Of a DNA stretch of 64,000 bases, positions 19,089 to 29,070 are shown piece by piece. The notes beneath the pieces were generated by a model. It made no database searches, was not told the origin of the DNA, and saw nothing but the letters and a program-made list of their open reading frames with translations. The translations under genes and the position numbers were made by a program. Numbering within the stretch: position 1 is the first letter of the stretch; each line of letters starts with the position of its first letter. Source of the stretch: Candidatus Krumholzibacteriia bacterium (GTDB lineage: Bacteria; Krumholzibacteriota; Krumholzibacteriia; JAJRXK01); the NCBI GenBank assembly GCA_041484665.1, contig JBGPIA010000001.1, positions 32,001 through 96,000 on the forward strand, in the 5' to 3' direction.

Positions 19089-20768
19089 ATGAGCGACGAC
19101 CTGCGACACGAGCCTCGCAGCGGTGCCGGGCCTTCCGGCGCCCACGGCGCTTCGGGGGCGCCCCCGCCGTCCGGCGCCTCCGGCGTGCCCGACCCCTGTG
19201 CGCGGACACGCGAGCAACTTGCCGCCGCGATCGACGCGCCGCTGCCCTTGCGCGTGCGCGAGGAGGTCGATCGCCATCTGGCCGGCTGCGCTGACTGCCG
19301 CGCGGTGGCCACCTGGATGGAGCGGATCGACGCGGTCGCCGCCGCGGCGCCGGCTCCTCCCGTGCCGCCCCCGCGCTATTTCGAGGAGCTGCGCCGTAGC
19401 GTGATGGATGAGGTGCTCTTCGACCCTGCGGCCGGCGCCCAGGGCGCACCCACTGGTGCGAGGCCCTGGTGGAAAACGTGGCTGGCGGTGCTGCGCAACC
19501 CGAGGGTGGTGGCGACACTTTGCGCCGTGGCGCTCCTGGGGATCTTCACGTACGCGGAGATTCGCGACCGCGCGGTGCTGTCGCCCAAGCCCCACGGGCC
19601 CGTTGCGCTCGAGAACGAGCTCACGCGAGAGGCCGACCCGGCGCGCCAGGCGGGCCGGGCCGTCGCGCCCGCAACGGCGCAGGACGCGGCGAGCACGCCG
19701 GCCCCCGCAGCGGCGGTGGGCGGGCAGGAGCAAACTGCGCAGCGGGTGCCCTCCCCACCGTCCATCGCGCCGGCCGCGGGAACGGCGGCTCCCGGGGAAT
19801 CCGCTCAGTCCGCGGCGCCCGCAGGAGCGGCGCCAGACGACGAATCCGGCGCGAGCCCGCAGATCCAGCAGGCGCCGGCGCAGACCGCGGTGCGACGCCT
19901 CGGAACGCGGCCCGCTGAGGCGGCACAGGGCCCGTCTGCGGCGCCACCGTCGCCGCAGCGTGCCCGGCAACCAGCCTCAGCTGCCGCGGGCCGCATCGCC
20001 GAACACAAGCTCCAGGCGCAGGCCACCGGCGACCTGCCCGCCGTCGCGGAGCCGCTGGCGCGACCGCGGAATGGCGCCGTGTCGGACCGCGCGGATCTTG
20101 CCGCCAAGAAGCTGGAGCAGGGTGCGCCATCCACAGACGTTGCAACTGCGGACGCCGTCACCGCCGGCGAGGCTGGCGCAGACGCAGCTCGCGGAAACGC
20201 GGCTGCCGCGAATGGGGCTGAGGGCGCAGCAGTGGAGAACGGCAGTGCGAGCAGCACCGGGACCTTCGCTGTCATGAAGGACGCACAGGCCGTGGCGCAG
20301 CTGGCGCCGGGCGACGCGCTCGCGACGCTGCCAACCGAGCAGCGCGTGCGCCGCTGGCTCGCGGTGGCGGCGTCGGAGCGCCAGCCCGCGGCGCGCGAGC
20401 GTGCGCTGGGCGAGCTCCTGGATCTGCTGCCCGTGCCGACGCCCACAGCCGCGCCCGCGCTCAGCGCCGCGCCACTGTCCAAGGCCAGGGCGGCCGGCCC
20501 GGCCGCGCGTCTCTCCGCGCCCGCTCCCGGCAATGAGGGCCTGCCCCGGCGCGCGGCGCCGTCCGCAGCGCCCGCCGCGCCGCCGGCGTCCGCAGCGCCG
20601 ATGAGCCCGCCAGCGCCGGCGAAATTGTCCACCGCGTTGCTCGACTCGGTGGAGATCCTGCTGCGCGAGCAGGAGCCGCGACTTCCACAAGGCGATCTGC
20701 GCTCACGGGTCAACCGCTGGCTGCAGGAGCGGGCCATGCGCGGCGAACACGGCGCCGAGCGCGACTAG
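19089..20768 (+). CDS. zf-HC2 anti-sigma factor with TM helix and long Ala/Pro-rich extracytoplasmic region
   Basis: HLAGCADC (HxxxCxxC), TM VVATLCAVALLGIFTY; starts 5 nt after the sigma gene. Confidence 0.8.
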   Translation: MSDDLRHEPRSGAGPSGAHGASGAPPPSGASGVPDPCARTREQLAAAIDAPLPLRVREEVDRHLAGCADCRAVATWMERIDAVAAAAPAPPVPPPRYFEELRRSVMDEVLFDPAAGAQGAPTGARPWWKTWLAVLRNPRVVATLCAVALLGIFTYAEIRDRAVLSPKPHGPVALENELTREADPARQAGRAVAPATAQDAASTPAPAAAVGGQEQTAQRVPSPPSIAPAAGTAAPGESAQSAAPAGAAPDDESGASPQIQQAPAQTAVRRLGTRPAEAAQGPSAAPPSPQRARQPASAAAGRIAEHKLQAQATGDLPAVAEPLARPRNGAVSDRADLAAKKLEQGAPSTDVATADAVTAGEAGADAARGNAAAANGAEGAAVENGSASSTGTFAVMKDAQAVAQLAPGDALATLPTEQRVRRWLAVAASERQPAARERALGELLDLLPVPTPTAAPALSAAPLSKARAAGPAARLSAPAPGNEGLPRRAAPSAAPAAPPASAAPMSPPAPAKLSTALLDSVEILLREQEPRLPQGDLRSRVNRWLQERAMRGEHGAERD

Positions 20769-20885
20769 CGGGGCCAGCGAGTCCGGCAGCGCAGAGCGCC
20801 CGTCGCGGGAATAGGTCGGCGCGCTCGCGGGTACAGGGGGTGCCACCGTCGTCGAAGATCCCCTTGCCAGACGAAAGGGCACGCC

Positions 20886-23333
20886 ATGGACCGCACCGGG
20901 AATCGCATCCGCCACCCTTCCGATCGGACGCTTTCACCCCTGCAGGCGCTGGCCGTGCTGGCCGCTGCGCTGCTCTCCCTGCTGCTGTACGTCTTGCGTC
21001 CGGCGCTCGCGGCGGCCACGGTGATCGTCCTGCCACCCCCCGACCGGCCACCCGCACCACGCGAGCGCTGGATTCCCACACCGCCACCCATCGAGCGGCC
21101 GTGGCAGGGGCACGTGGTGCCCGAGGATCTGGCGCTGGAGATCAAGATCCGCGATGGCGTGGCCACCACCGATCTGCGTGAGGAGATCCGCAACCCCACC
21201 GACCACCCCATCGAGGCGCAGTTCGTGCTGCCCATCCCCCGCGGCGCCACCGTCCACGACGCGGCGTTGCGCATCGGCGGACAGCTGGTCGAGGCCGAGA
21301 TCATGGAGGCCGGCCAGGCCCGCCGCGCCTACGAGGACATCGTGCGCCGCTGCATCGATCCGGCCCTGGTCGAGCACCTCGATGACGGCCTGCTGCGGAC
21401 GCGGGTGTTCCCCGTTCCGCCGCGCGGCTCGCGCGAGATCCAGCTCACGCTCACCCTGAGCCTTCCCGAGGATTTCGGCGTGGCGCAGTACTCCTTTCCG
21501 CTGCGCTTCGTGTGCGGCGGTGACGAAGGGCCGCGCCGCGTCAGCGTGAGCGGAACGGTCGACAGCGCCCGACCGCTCGAGGAACCCTACAGCCCCACCC
21601 ATGACCTCGACGTGACGCTCGATCGCGACGGCCGCCACGCGCGCTTCTCGCTGCAGACCACCGGCTCGCAGGCCGGTGCCCGCGACCTCCAGATCTTCCT
21701 GCCCACGCGCAGCCACGGGCTTACCATCACCGCTGCAAGCACGCGGCCGCCCGGCGACGACGGCTTCGTGCTGCTGCGCATCTCGCCGGGCGAGGAACTC
21801 GACCGGGGGCCGAGCGCCCCGCGGCAGATCGTATTCGTCCTGGACACGAGCGGCAGCATGCAGGGCGAGAAGTTGGAGCAAGCGCAGCACGCCCTCGCCG
21901 GCTTCCTGCAGGGCCTGGACCGCCGCGACCGCTTCGCTGTGATCACCTACGCCTCGACCGTCACGGCGTGGAGCGAGGAGCTGCAGCCCGCGGACCATGC
22001 GCACGTGCGCGAGGCGCTCGACCAAATCGAAACCCTGCGCGCCGGCGGTGGCACGAACATCGGCGCGGCGCTGGATGCGGCGCTGGACCTCGCCCGCGAG
22101 CCAGGTGAGGGTCCCGCCTACGTGCTGTTCCTCACCGACGGCCAGCCAACGGTGGGCGTGACCGGGGTCGACGATCTGCTCGCAAAGGTCGACCACAGCC
22201 GGCGAGCGCGGGCGCGCTTGTTCTCGTTCGGCGTCGGCACCGACGTGAACACCCGGCTGCTGGACGGAATGGCTTCGGCCACGGGGGCGCTCGCTCGCTA
22301 CGTGCTGCCCGGGGAGGACCTCGAGGTGGCCGTCGGCAACCTCTGCGCGCAGATCACCGATCCCCTGTGGACCGACCTGGAGCTGAGGCTGGCGGGCGCG
22401 GGGCTCCACGATCTGGTGCCCGACGCGCTCCCGGATCTGTTCCGCGGCCAGACGATCACGGTGCTCGCCCGCTATCGCCGCGACGGGCGCTTCGACGCCG
22501 TGCTGAGCGGGCTGCGCCAGGGCGATCGCCGGCGCGAGACTTTGCCCATCGAGCTAGCCCGGCGTGCGACCATCCACGGCTACCTGCCGCAGCTGTGGGC
22601 CGGCCGCCGCATCGCGTCGCTGCAGGCTGCGCTGCGCGCCGGAGGCGACCGTGACGAGCTCATCCGCGAGATCGTCGATCTCGGCACGCGCTACGGGATC
22701 GTCACCGAGTACACGAGCTTTCTGATGCGCGAGCCCGATCCCCAGCTGGCCGCCAGCGTGCGCCAGAGGCTGAAGTTGGACCTCCCCAAAGAGCTGGCGC
22801 AGAGCCTGGGCTCGGTGGCCCAACCGCAGTCGGGCGACCTGGCCGTGCGCTCGGCCGCACGCGACAACCGATTGATGGAGAGCAAGTCACTGGCGCAGCA
22901 GGACGCGCTGGAGGTCGCCGCGTCCGCCCCGCAGGCGAGCGCCAGCGCGAGCGGCGGCAGCTTCCGCAGCCCCACAGCCGCAGCACCGAGCGGATGGCAG
23001 GACGGCAGGGGCGCCGGCGCGAAACGAGCGCAGAGCGATGAGCGCCGCATCGACGGTCGCATCTTCCGCCGCGACGAGCGCGGGCGCTGGATCGACCGCC
23101 TGGCCGAGGGCGCGACGCCGCGCTTGAAGGTCGTCGCGTTCAGCCAGGCCTATTTCGAGCTGCTGCAGATGCGGCCAGACCTGGGAAGCGCCCTGAGCGT
23201 CGGGCCAGCCGTGGTGCTCGCCGCCGGGCGCGAGGTGATCGAGATCGGCGCCGCGGGTATCAGCGAGCTCGACGACGCCGCGCGCGCCTGGTTGCGCGCA
23301 GGCAATGACCATGCGAGCCAGCAGTCCCGCTGA
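20886..23333 (+). CDS. Membrane-anchored VIT + von Willebrand A domain protein
   Basis: N-terminal hydrophobic helix; VIT (NPTDHPIEAQFVLPIP, ARRAYEDIVRR..DPALVE); MIDAS DTSGS, GGTNI, FLTDG; YGIVTEYTSFL. Confidence 0.88.
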   Translation: MDRTGNRIRHPSDRTLSPLQALAVLAAALLSLLLYVLRPALAAATVIVLPPPDRPPAPRERWIPTPPPIERPWQGHVVPEDLALEIKIRDGVATTDLREEIRNPTDHPIEAQFVLPIPRGATVHDAALRIGGQLVEAEIMEAGQARRAYEDIVRRCIDPALVEHLDDGLLRTRVFPVPPRGSREIQLTLTLSLPEDFGVAQYSFPLRFVCGGDEGPRRVSVSGTVDSARPLEEPYSPTHDLDVTLDRDGRHARFSLQTTGSQAGARDLQIFLPTRSHGLTITAASTRPPGDDGFVLLRISPGEELDRGPSAPRQIVFVLDTSGSMQGEKLEQAQHALAGFLQGLDRRDRFAVITYASTVTAWSEELQPADHAHVREALDQIETLRAGGGTNIGAALDAALDLAREPGEGPAYVLFLTDGQPTVGVTGVDDLLAKVDHSRRARARLFSFGVGTDVNTRLLDGMASATGALARYVLPGEDLEVAVGNLCAQITDPLWTDLELRLAGAGLHDLVPDALPDLFRGQTITVLARYRRDGRFDAVLSGLRQGDRRRETLPIELARRATIHGYLPQLWAGRRIASLQAALRAGGDRDELIREIVDLGTRYGIVTEYTSFLMREPDPQLAASVRQRLKLDLPKELAQSLGSVAQPQSGDLAVRSAARDNRLMESKSLAQQDALEVAASAPQASASASGGSFRSPTAAAPSGWQDGRGAGAKRAQSDERRIDGRIFRRDERGRWIDRLAEGATPRLKVVAFSQAYFELLQMRPDLGSALSVGPAVVLAAGREVIEIGAAGISELDDAARAWLRAGNDHASQQSR

Positions 23334-23471
23334 TGGGCGGCGCGGCTGCGCCGCTCGATGCGATGCTGTGATGCGCGGGGCGGGCTCTGGCCAAGGGGGG
23401 CCGGCCCGCCGCGCAGTGCTCGAGGCGTCATCGCTGGGCGAGGGCGACAGGCGTCTCCGGCAGCCGGGGCC

Positions 23472-24326
23472 TCAGCCGGCTTCTGCCTCGATCAGCGCCT
23501 GCAGGCGCCGCGCCGTCGCCGGCGCGTGACCCGCATAGTGGTTGTTCACGTAGATGAGCACGTGCGCGCCCTGGCGGACCATGCGAATCGTGAAGGCCGC
23601 CCAGCGCTGCAACCGCTCGAGGCGGTCGATCACCTCAGTGTCCCACCGCTGGGTGATGGCCTCGATCTGCTTGCGATTCCCCAACAGCCGCACGTAGACC
23701 GCGGGCCCGGTGCGCAGCTCGAGCTTGCCCTCGACCTCATCCCCGTGGGGCATCCAGGCCTGGTCCACGAGCACCAGGCAGGCGCGGTGTCGCTGGCAGA
23801 TCTCCACCAGCTCGGGCCGCAGCCATGGCCGGTTGCGCACCTCGACGCCGTAGGTCAGGTCATCGGGCAGGTCACCCAGGAAGCGGTCCAGCCGCTCCAG
23901 GAACGGCGCCGGTGAGGCGAATGCCTGCTTGTCGAAGTAGGGGAACTGCAGCACCAGCGGCCCGAGCTTGCGGCCCAGCGTGCGCATGACCTTCAGGAAC
24001 CGGTCGCGCTCCCCGTAGGTCGCGTCCTGGAGCAGCACCCTGCTCGCATCGGGCTTGGCCCCCTCGCCTGCATGGACGATCGAGCGCGGGAACTTCGCGC
24101 ACAGCAGGAACCCCGCGGGCGTCTTGGCGTCCCAGCCCGCGACGGTGGCCGCCGACGGGGTCGCGTAGTAGGTGGAGTCCACCTCCACGGTGTCGAACTG
24201 CGTGGCGTACTGGCGCAGGAAATCGGCCGGCTGGGTCCCCTGCGGGTAGAAGGGCCCCACCCAGTCCTCCGCGCTGAACGAGGACGTCCCGATGCGCACC
24301 TTGCCCGCTTCGCTACCTTTTGTCAT
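23472..24326 (-). CDS. DUF72 family protein
   Basis: RIGTSSFS..DWVGPFYP, FDTVEVDSTYY, LQFP, EVRN, YVRL, YVNNHYAGHAP. Confidence 0.9.
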   Translation of the reverse strand: MTKGSEAGKVRIGTSSFSAEDWVGPFYPQGTQPADFLRQYATQFDTVEVDSTYYATPSAATVAGWDAKTPAGFLLCAKFPRSIVHAGEGAKPDASRVLLQDATYGERDRFLKVMRTLGRKLGPLVLQFPYFDKQAFASPAPFLERLDRFLGDLPDDLTYGVEVRNRPWLRPELVEICQRHRACLVLVDQAWMPHGDEVEGKLELRTGPAVYVRLLGNRKQIEAITQRWDTEVIDRLERLQRWAAFTIRMVRQGAHVLIYVNNHYAGHAPATARRLQALIEAEAG

Positions 24327-24564
24327 GGAACCAAGGGTGGCAAAGATCCGGGCCGGGGGGCAATGGCCTTCCTGCGGCACGCGGTGCGGCGCCCGGCGCC
24401 AGGGGCTACGCGCCAATCGGCATCGACCGCGCTCCCGCACGTCGAAACTGCCTGGCTTGCCCGGTCCACGACGCTGTGGGACACTGAGCCAAGCGGCGGA
24501 CAGCACGGGAGATGCGTGCCGTCGCGTTCGGCCGCGGACGGACCTCGTCAGTCAGGAGTGCCGC

Positions 24565-25827
24565 ATGAGGCCCGAGGAGTCCAGCCTGATGTTCGACTGG
24601 GTGGGAGCGGGGCCCCACCGCTTCGAGCTGCCCGGCGCGGGTCAGGTCATGATCGATGACGAGACGCTCCGGGATGGCTTGCAAAGCCCTTCGGTCACCG
24701 ACCCACCGGTCGAGACGAAGGTCAGGCTCTTGCATCTCATGGACAAGCTGGGCATCGAGACCTGCGACGTCGGGCTCCCCGGAGCCGGCGCGCGCCAGCG
24801 CGAAGCGGTGGAACGATTGTGCCGCGAGATCGCCCAGCATGCCCTGCGCATCCAGGCCAACTGTGCCGGACGCACCCTGGCGGTCGATGTCGCGCCCATG
24901 GCCGAGGTCACCCAGGCCACCGGCGTCCCGATCGAGGCCTGCCTCTTCATCGGCAGCAGCCCGATCCGCCAGTACGCCGAGGAGTGGAATCTCGAGCACA
25001 TCCTCAAGCATACGCGCGAGGCCATCACGTTCGCGGTCAAGGAGGGTCTGGACGTGATGTACGTCACCGAGGACACGATCCGCTCGTCGCCCGAGCACCT
25101 GCGCGTGTTGCTGACGGCGGCGATCGACGCCGGCGCCAAACGTGTCTGCCTGTGCGACACCTGCGGCACGGCGGTGCCCCAGGGCGTGATGAATCTCGTG
25201 ACCTGGGTGCGCAGCCTGATCCACGAGCTGGGCGTCGACGTGGGGATCGATTGGCACGGACACCGCGACCGCGGGCTGGACATGGCCAACACGCTGGCCG
25301 CGATTCAGGCCGGCGCCACGCGCGTCCACGGCACCGCCATGGGGATCGGCGAGCGCGTGGGCAACACGGCCATGGAGCAGATCCTGGTCAACCTGAAGCT
25401 GCTGGGGCTGCGTGACGACGACCTCACGGCCCTGCCGGAATACGTGCGCGTCACGTCGGAGGCGACGGGCATCCCGATCCCGGTCAACAGCCCGATCATC
25501 GGGCGCGATGCCTTCCGCACCGCCACCGGCGTGCACGCCGCCGCCGTGATCAAGGCTCATCGCAAGAGCGACGTCTGGCTCGCCGACCGCGTCTATTCGG
25601 GCGTGCCAGCCAGCTGGATCGGACGCGAGCAGGAGATCGAGATCGGTCCGATGTCGGGCGGCTCCAATGTGGTCCATTACCTCACGACACGCGGGTTCCC
25701 CGCGGCGCCGGAGATGGTCCAGGCAATCCTCGCGGCGGCCAAGCGGTCTGTGCGCCTGCTCACCGAGCAGGAGGTCCTCGACCTCGTGCGCCAGCACGGC
25801 GTCACGACGCGGGCCGCGGGGTCATGA
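24565..25827 (+). CDS. LeuA-family (DRE-TIM) synthase, short form without regulatory domain
   Basis: DETLRDGLQ, LCDTCG, HGHRDRG, GIGERVGN; ATG at 24565 after AGGAG; about 420 aa. Confidence 0.85.
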   Translation: MRPEESSLMFDWVGAGPHRFELPGAGQVMIDDETLRDGLQSPSVTDPPVETKVRLLHLMDKLGIETCDVGLPGAGARQREAVERLCREIAQHALRIQANCAGRTLAVDVAPMAEVTQATGVPIEACLFIGSSPIRQYAEEWNLEHILKHTREAITFAVKEGLDVMYVTEDTIRSSPEHLRVLLTAAIDAGAKRVCLCDTCGTAVPQGVMNLVTWVRSLIHELGVDVGIDWHGHRDRGLDMANTLAAIQAGATRVHGTAMGIGERVGNTAMEQILVNLKLLGLRDDDLTALPEYVRVTSEATGIPIPVNSPIIGRDAFRTATGVHAAAVIKAHRKSDVWLADRVYSGVPASWIGREQEIEIGPMSGGSNVVHYLTTRGFPAAPEMVQAILAAAKRSVRLLTEQEVLDLVRQHGVTTRAAGS

Positions 25828-25942
25828 GGCGGCGCGCGGCCGGGGCGGCATCGGTGAGCCCTTTGCGCGGCCGCCGGAGGATCGTGATCTGGCGCGCGGC
25901 CGCCAGGCGATCGTGGGGCGGCGGCAGGAGGACGGCACAACT

Positions 25943-26413
25943 GTGGCTGCGATCCGCAAGCAACTGATCGTCGTCGGGGACCGCATCCTGGTCCGTCCCG
26001 AGCGTGGCGAGCAGCGGACGCAGGCGGGGCTCTACCTTCCGGCGACGGTCGCCAGCGAGCAGCCGGTGCGCGGCGGGCGCGTGGTGGGCGTGGGCCCCGG
26101 GCTGCCGGTGCCCGAGCCCGCCGACTACGACGAGCCGTGGAAGAAGAAGCCTTCCGAGCCACGCTACGTGCCCCTGCAGGCGAAGGTGGGGGACTACGCG
26201 CTCTTCCTCAAGAACGCCGCGGTCGAGATCAACTTCGAGCGGGAGCATTTCCTGATCGTCCCCAACGGCGCGGTGCTCGTGTTGGTGCGCGAGGAGATCA
26301 GCCTGCCCGACGGGCTGGGCGAGAAGTTCCAGGGGCTTGCCGAGCTGGACGCTTCCGGCGGCTCGCTGGACGAGCCCGGGTTGGGCAGCCCCCCCGCGTC
26401 CGGCCGGGACTAG
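25943..26413 (+). CDS. GroES/Cpn10-family co-chaperonin (no groEL nearby)
   Basis: VVGDRILVRP...GLYLP...GRVVGVGPG...PLQAKVGD; GTG at 25943 after AGGAGG. Confidence 0.8.
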   Translation: MAAIRKQLIVVGDRILVRPERGEQRTQAGLYLPATVASEQPVRGGRVVGVGPGLPVPEPADYDEPWKKKPSEPRYVPLQAKVGDYALFLKNAAVEINFEREHFLIVPNGAVLVLVREEISLPDGLGEKFQGLAELDASGGSLDEPGLGSPPASGRD

Positions 26414-26426
26414 GCCGGCACCTTCC

Positions 26427-27356
26427 ATGCGGCGCGCGCGGCGACCCCGGACCACGGTCTGCGAGCTGGTCTGCGCCGTGCTTCGCCAGCAAGCCGCGCG
26501 CCTGCGCGAGCACGAGCCCGGGGCACGCGCCGACGACGACCCCGCGGCCCTCCACGACCTGCGGGTGGCAACGCGCCGCGTGCGCGCAGCGCTGCGTCTG
26601 TTCCACGATTCCCTGCCGCCGCGCTCCGCGCCCCGCCTGCGCACTGAGCTGGGCTCGGTGGCCCGGGCGCTGGGCGGGGTGCGCGACCTCGATGTCGTTC
26701 TGCAGGGACTCGCACAGTGGGGGCCACAGCCGCCGGCCGCGCAGGGTGAGGGCTTCGAGCAGCTGCGCACGCTGCTGATCCAACGGCGCGCCCGGGCCCG
26801 CCGCAAGCTGCTCGCCGTCCTGGACTCGCGTCGCTACGCGGACGCGCGGCGCGCGCTGGATCGGCTGAGCCGGCGCGCGCCAGGGCCCCGCACTGCGGCT
26901 GCCCATCGCCTGGCGCGCGAGGCAGCTCCGCGCCTGCTGCAACGACGCTACGAGCGCGTGCGCCGCCTGGGTGACGCGGTGACCAGCTCGACCTCCGACG
27001 TGCAGCTGCACGCGCTGCGCATCGCGGGCAAGCGCCTGCGGTACGCCCTGGAGTTCCACGAGGAGGTCTACGGCCAGGCGGTTGTGGTGGTGGTGCCGGC
27101 GCTGGTCGCGCTGCAGGACCTGCTGGGCGAGCACCAGGACGCCGTCGTCGCGCAGCAGCTGCTGCGCGGGCTGCGCAAGGCGCGCGCCGCGTCCGGGTCG
27201 CCTCCGCTGCTCGCCGCGCTGCACGAGAGCGGGCGTCGTTACGCCGCCCGGGCGGCCGAGCTGCGGCGGCAACTGCCCGCGCTCTACGCGCGGATCGCCG
27301 AGCCGCACTGGGCGCCGGTGCACCGGATGCTCCAGGCGTCTGCGCGCCACAGCTAA
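26427..27356 (+). CDS. CHAD domain protein (polyphosphate-binding family)
   Basis: ALHDLRVATRRVRA, LGGVRDLDV, LHALRIAGKRLRYALE, LQDLLGEHQD. Confidence 0.88.
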   Translation: MRRARRPRTTVCELVCAVLRQQAARLREHEPGARADDDPAALHDLRVATRRVRAALRLFHDSLPPRSAPRLRTELGSVARALGGVRDLDVVLQGLAQWGPQPPAAQGEGFEQLRTLLIQRRARARRKLLAVLDSRRYADARRALDRLSRRAPGPRTAAAHRLAREAAPRLLQRRYERVRRLGDAVTSSTSDVQLHALRIAGKRLRYALEFHEEVYGQAVVVVVPALVALQDLLGEHQDAVVAQQLLRGLRKARAASGSPPLLAALHESGRRYAARAAELRRQLPALYARIAEPHWAPVHRMLQASARHS

Positions 27357-27628
27357 CGGCGCTGGGATCGGGGCCGCGGGCCCGGGGGCCACGCGCGGCG
27401 AGGCCCGCCAAGCGTCGCGCGGGGTGCCCGGCTCTGGCCTCTACGTCCGGCGCCCTCGCCGTGCGCACCCGGCACATCCTGCCGATCCCCCGATTCGGCG
27501 ACCGCGGCGACCCCGCGCGCGCAAACTGGTACGGTCCTTCCACTGGCTTGACAACCGTCGACGCTGCCCTCGGCTGCGGCGGCGAACAGCATCCGGCTGG
27601 CTCGAGCTGCGCTTCGAGGTCCACTGCA

Positions 27629-28789
27629 ATGGAATCCATCAACCTCTTCGAACAAAAGAAGATCCGTGTAGAGAAACGGTCGAGGCCGCTGTGGCTGATC
27701 TTGGCGATCTCCGCCATCCTGCCGGGGCTGGGGCACTTCCTGCTGGGCAAAAAGCACGTTGGGATCGGGATTCTCTCCGCGAGCGTGCTCGCCACCGTGC
27801 TGGGCAGCTACGCACAGTCCCATTCCGTTGCCTACGTGCTCTGGATCGCCCTGCGGGCCGGATTCGCTCTCGGCCTGTTCGCAGTGATCGACGCCAGCCT
27901 GCTGTGCGTCGAGCTCGCCGACGGCCGGCACAAGGACTACCCCGTGCGGCCGCGCCTGGCTGCCTTCATGAGCCTGGTCACCTATGGCGGAGGCTTCTGG
28001 CTCATGGAGCTGAAGGGCCTCGCCGCGACGGCGTTGGTGGCCGGCGTGCTGCTCCACCTGCTCCTGGCCCCGCTGCATTGGACGCTGGCCGTCATCGCGG
28101 AGCTGGCGCTCGCTGCCTTCGCCGTGCAGACCTACCGCATGGCGCTCGCGCGCCGCGCGCCCAAACCGTCGCGCAGGCTGGTGGAGCAGGTCGCGACGCG
28201 AGCGCCCGACACGACGCCCGCGTGGATGATCCCCGGCTTCGTGATCAGCACCGCCGTCACCGTTGTTGCACTGCTGACGACCCTGCTCGTGGCGCGCGCG
28301 CTGGACAAAGCCACCGATGTACGCCAGCAGGGCGCCGTCGCCATGGAGCCCTACTACCGAAACCCGAACTACGGGCTGAGCATGGAGCTCAAGTCGCCCG
28401 GCTGGAAGTTCGACGAGCCCGCGCCCGACGAGTTCGTCACGGCGCGCCATGTGGGCGAGGATGCCGCGGCACGGTTGGCCGTGCGCCCGCGCCTGCCGCT
28501 CTTGGGCAACAGCCGCCACCAGGCCGAGGCGGTGCTGCGCCAGGCGCGCGAAGGCGGGTACCAGCTGCGTGTGGAGGGCGGCACCCCGTGCCAGATGGGC
28601 ACCCTCAACGGCTACGAGCTGCGCGCCCGGGGCACGCACCTGGGCAAGATGCGCAACGTGCGCATCGTGTCCGCGGGGTCCGGGTGGCGCGAGTACGTGC
28701 TGTGGTTCGAATGGGGCGACAAGCAGCAGGAGTTCGCCCAGCACGAGCTCGACTACGTCCTGCGCCACGTCCAGGTCGGCAAGCACTGA
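27629..28789 (+). CDS. Hypothetical membrane protein: several TM helices followed by a soluble C-terminal domain
   Basis: ATG at 27629 after GAGG; LPGLGHFLLG motif, about 7 hydrophobic segments, hydrophilic C-terminus. Confidence 0.7.
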   Translation: MESINLFEQKKIRVEKRSRPLWLILAISAILPGLGHFLLGKKHVGIGILSASVLATVLGSYAQSHSVAYVLWIALRAGFALGLFAVIDASLLCVELADGRHKDYPVRPRLAAFMSLVTYGGGFWLMELKGLAATALVAGVLLHLLLAPLHWTLAVIAELALAAFAVQTYRMALARRAPKPSRRLVEQVATRAPDTTPAWMIPGFVISTAVTVVALLTTLLVARALDKATDVRQQGAVAMEPYYRNPNYGLSMELKSPGWKFDEPAPDEFVTARHVGEDAAARLAVRPRLPLLGNSRHQAEAVLRQAREGGYQLRVEGGTPCQMGTLNGYELRARGTHLGKMRNVRIVSAGSGWREYVLWFEWGDKQQEFAQHELDYVLRHVQVGKH

Positions 28790-29070
28790 CGCCGCGCGGC
28801 CGGCGCCGGGTCCCCGCCCGATCCGCGCGGGATCGAAGTCCGATCCGTGCGGGGTCCCCCTCCCCCTCCGCAGCCGCTCCCCATCGCTGCGTATCGTTGC
28901 GCGCCGTCCCCCTGCGCCCGCCGTCGCTGCGCCGAGCGCCGCCCGTGCGCCACGCCCGTCCGCGCGCCGAGCTCCCAGTCTTGTTGACACGGCCGCCGCT
29001 CCAACGGCACACTTGAAGGACGGGGACGGACGACATCCTGACATGAGCGACAGCCCGCGAAGGCGCCCCT

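Noticed and set aside
28984..29013. TTGACA-18-CACACT as the aceBA promoter
   Set aside because: Plausible, but the -10 element is poor, so it was not listed as a feature.
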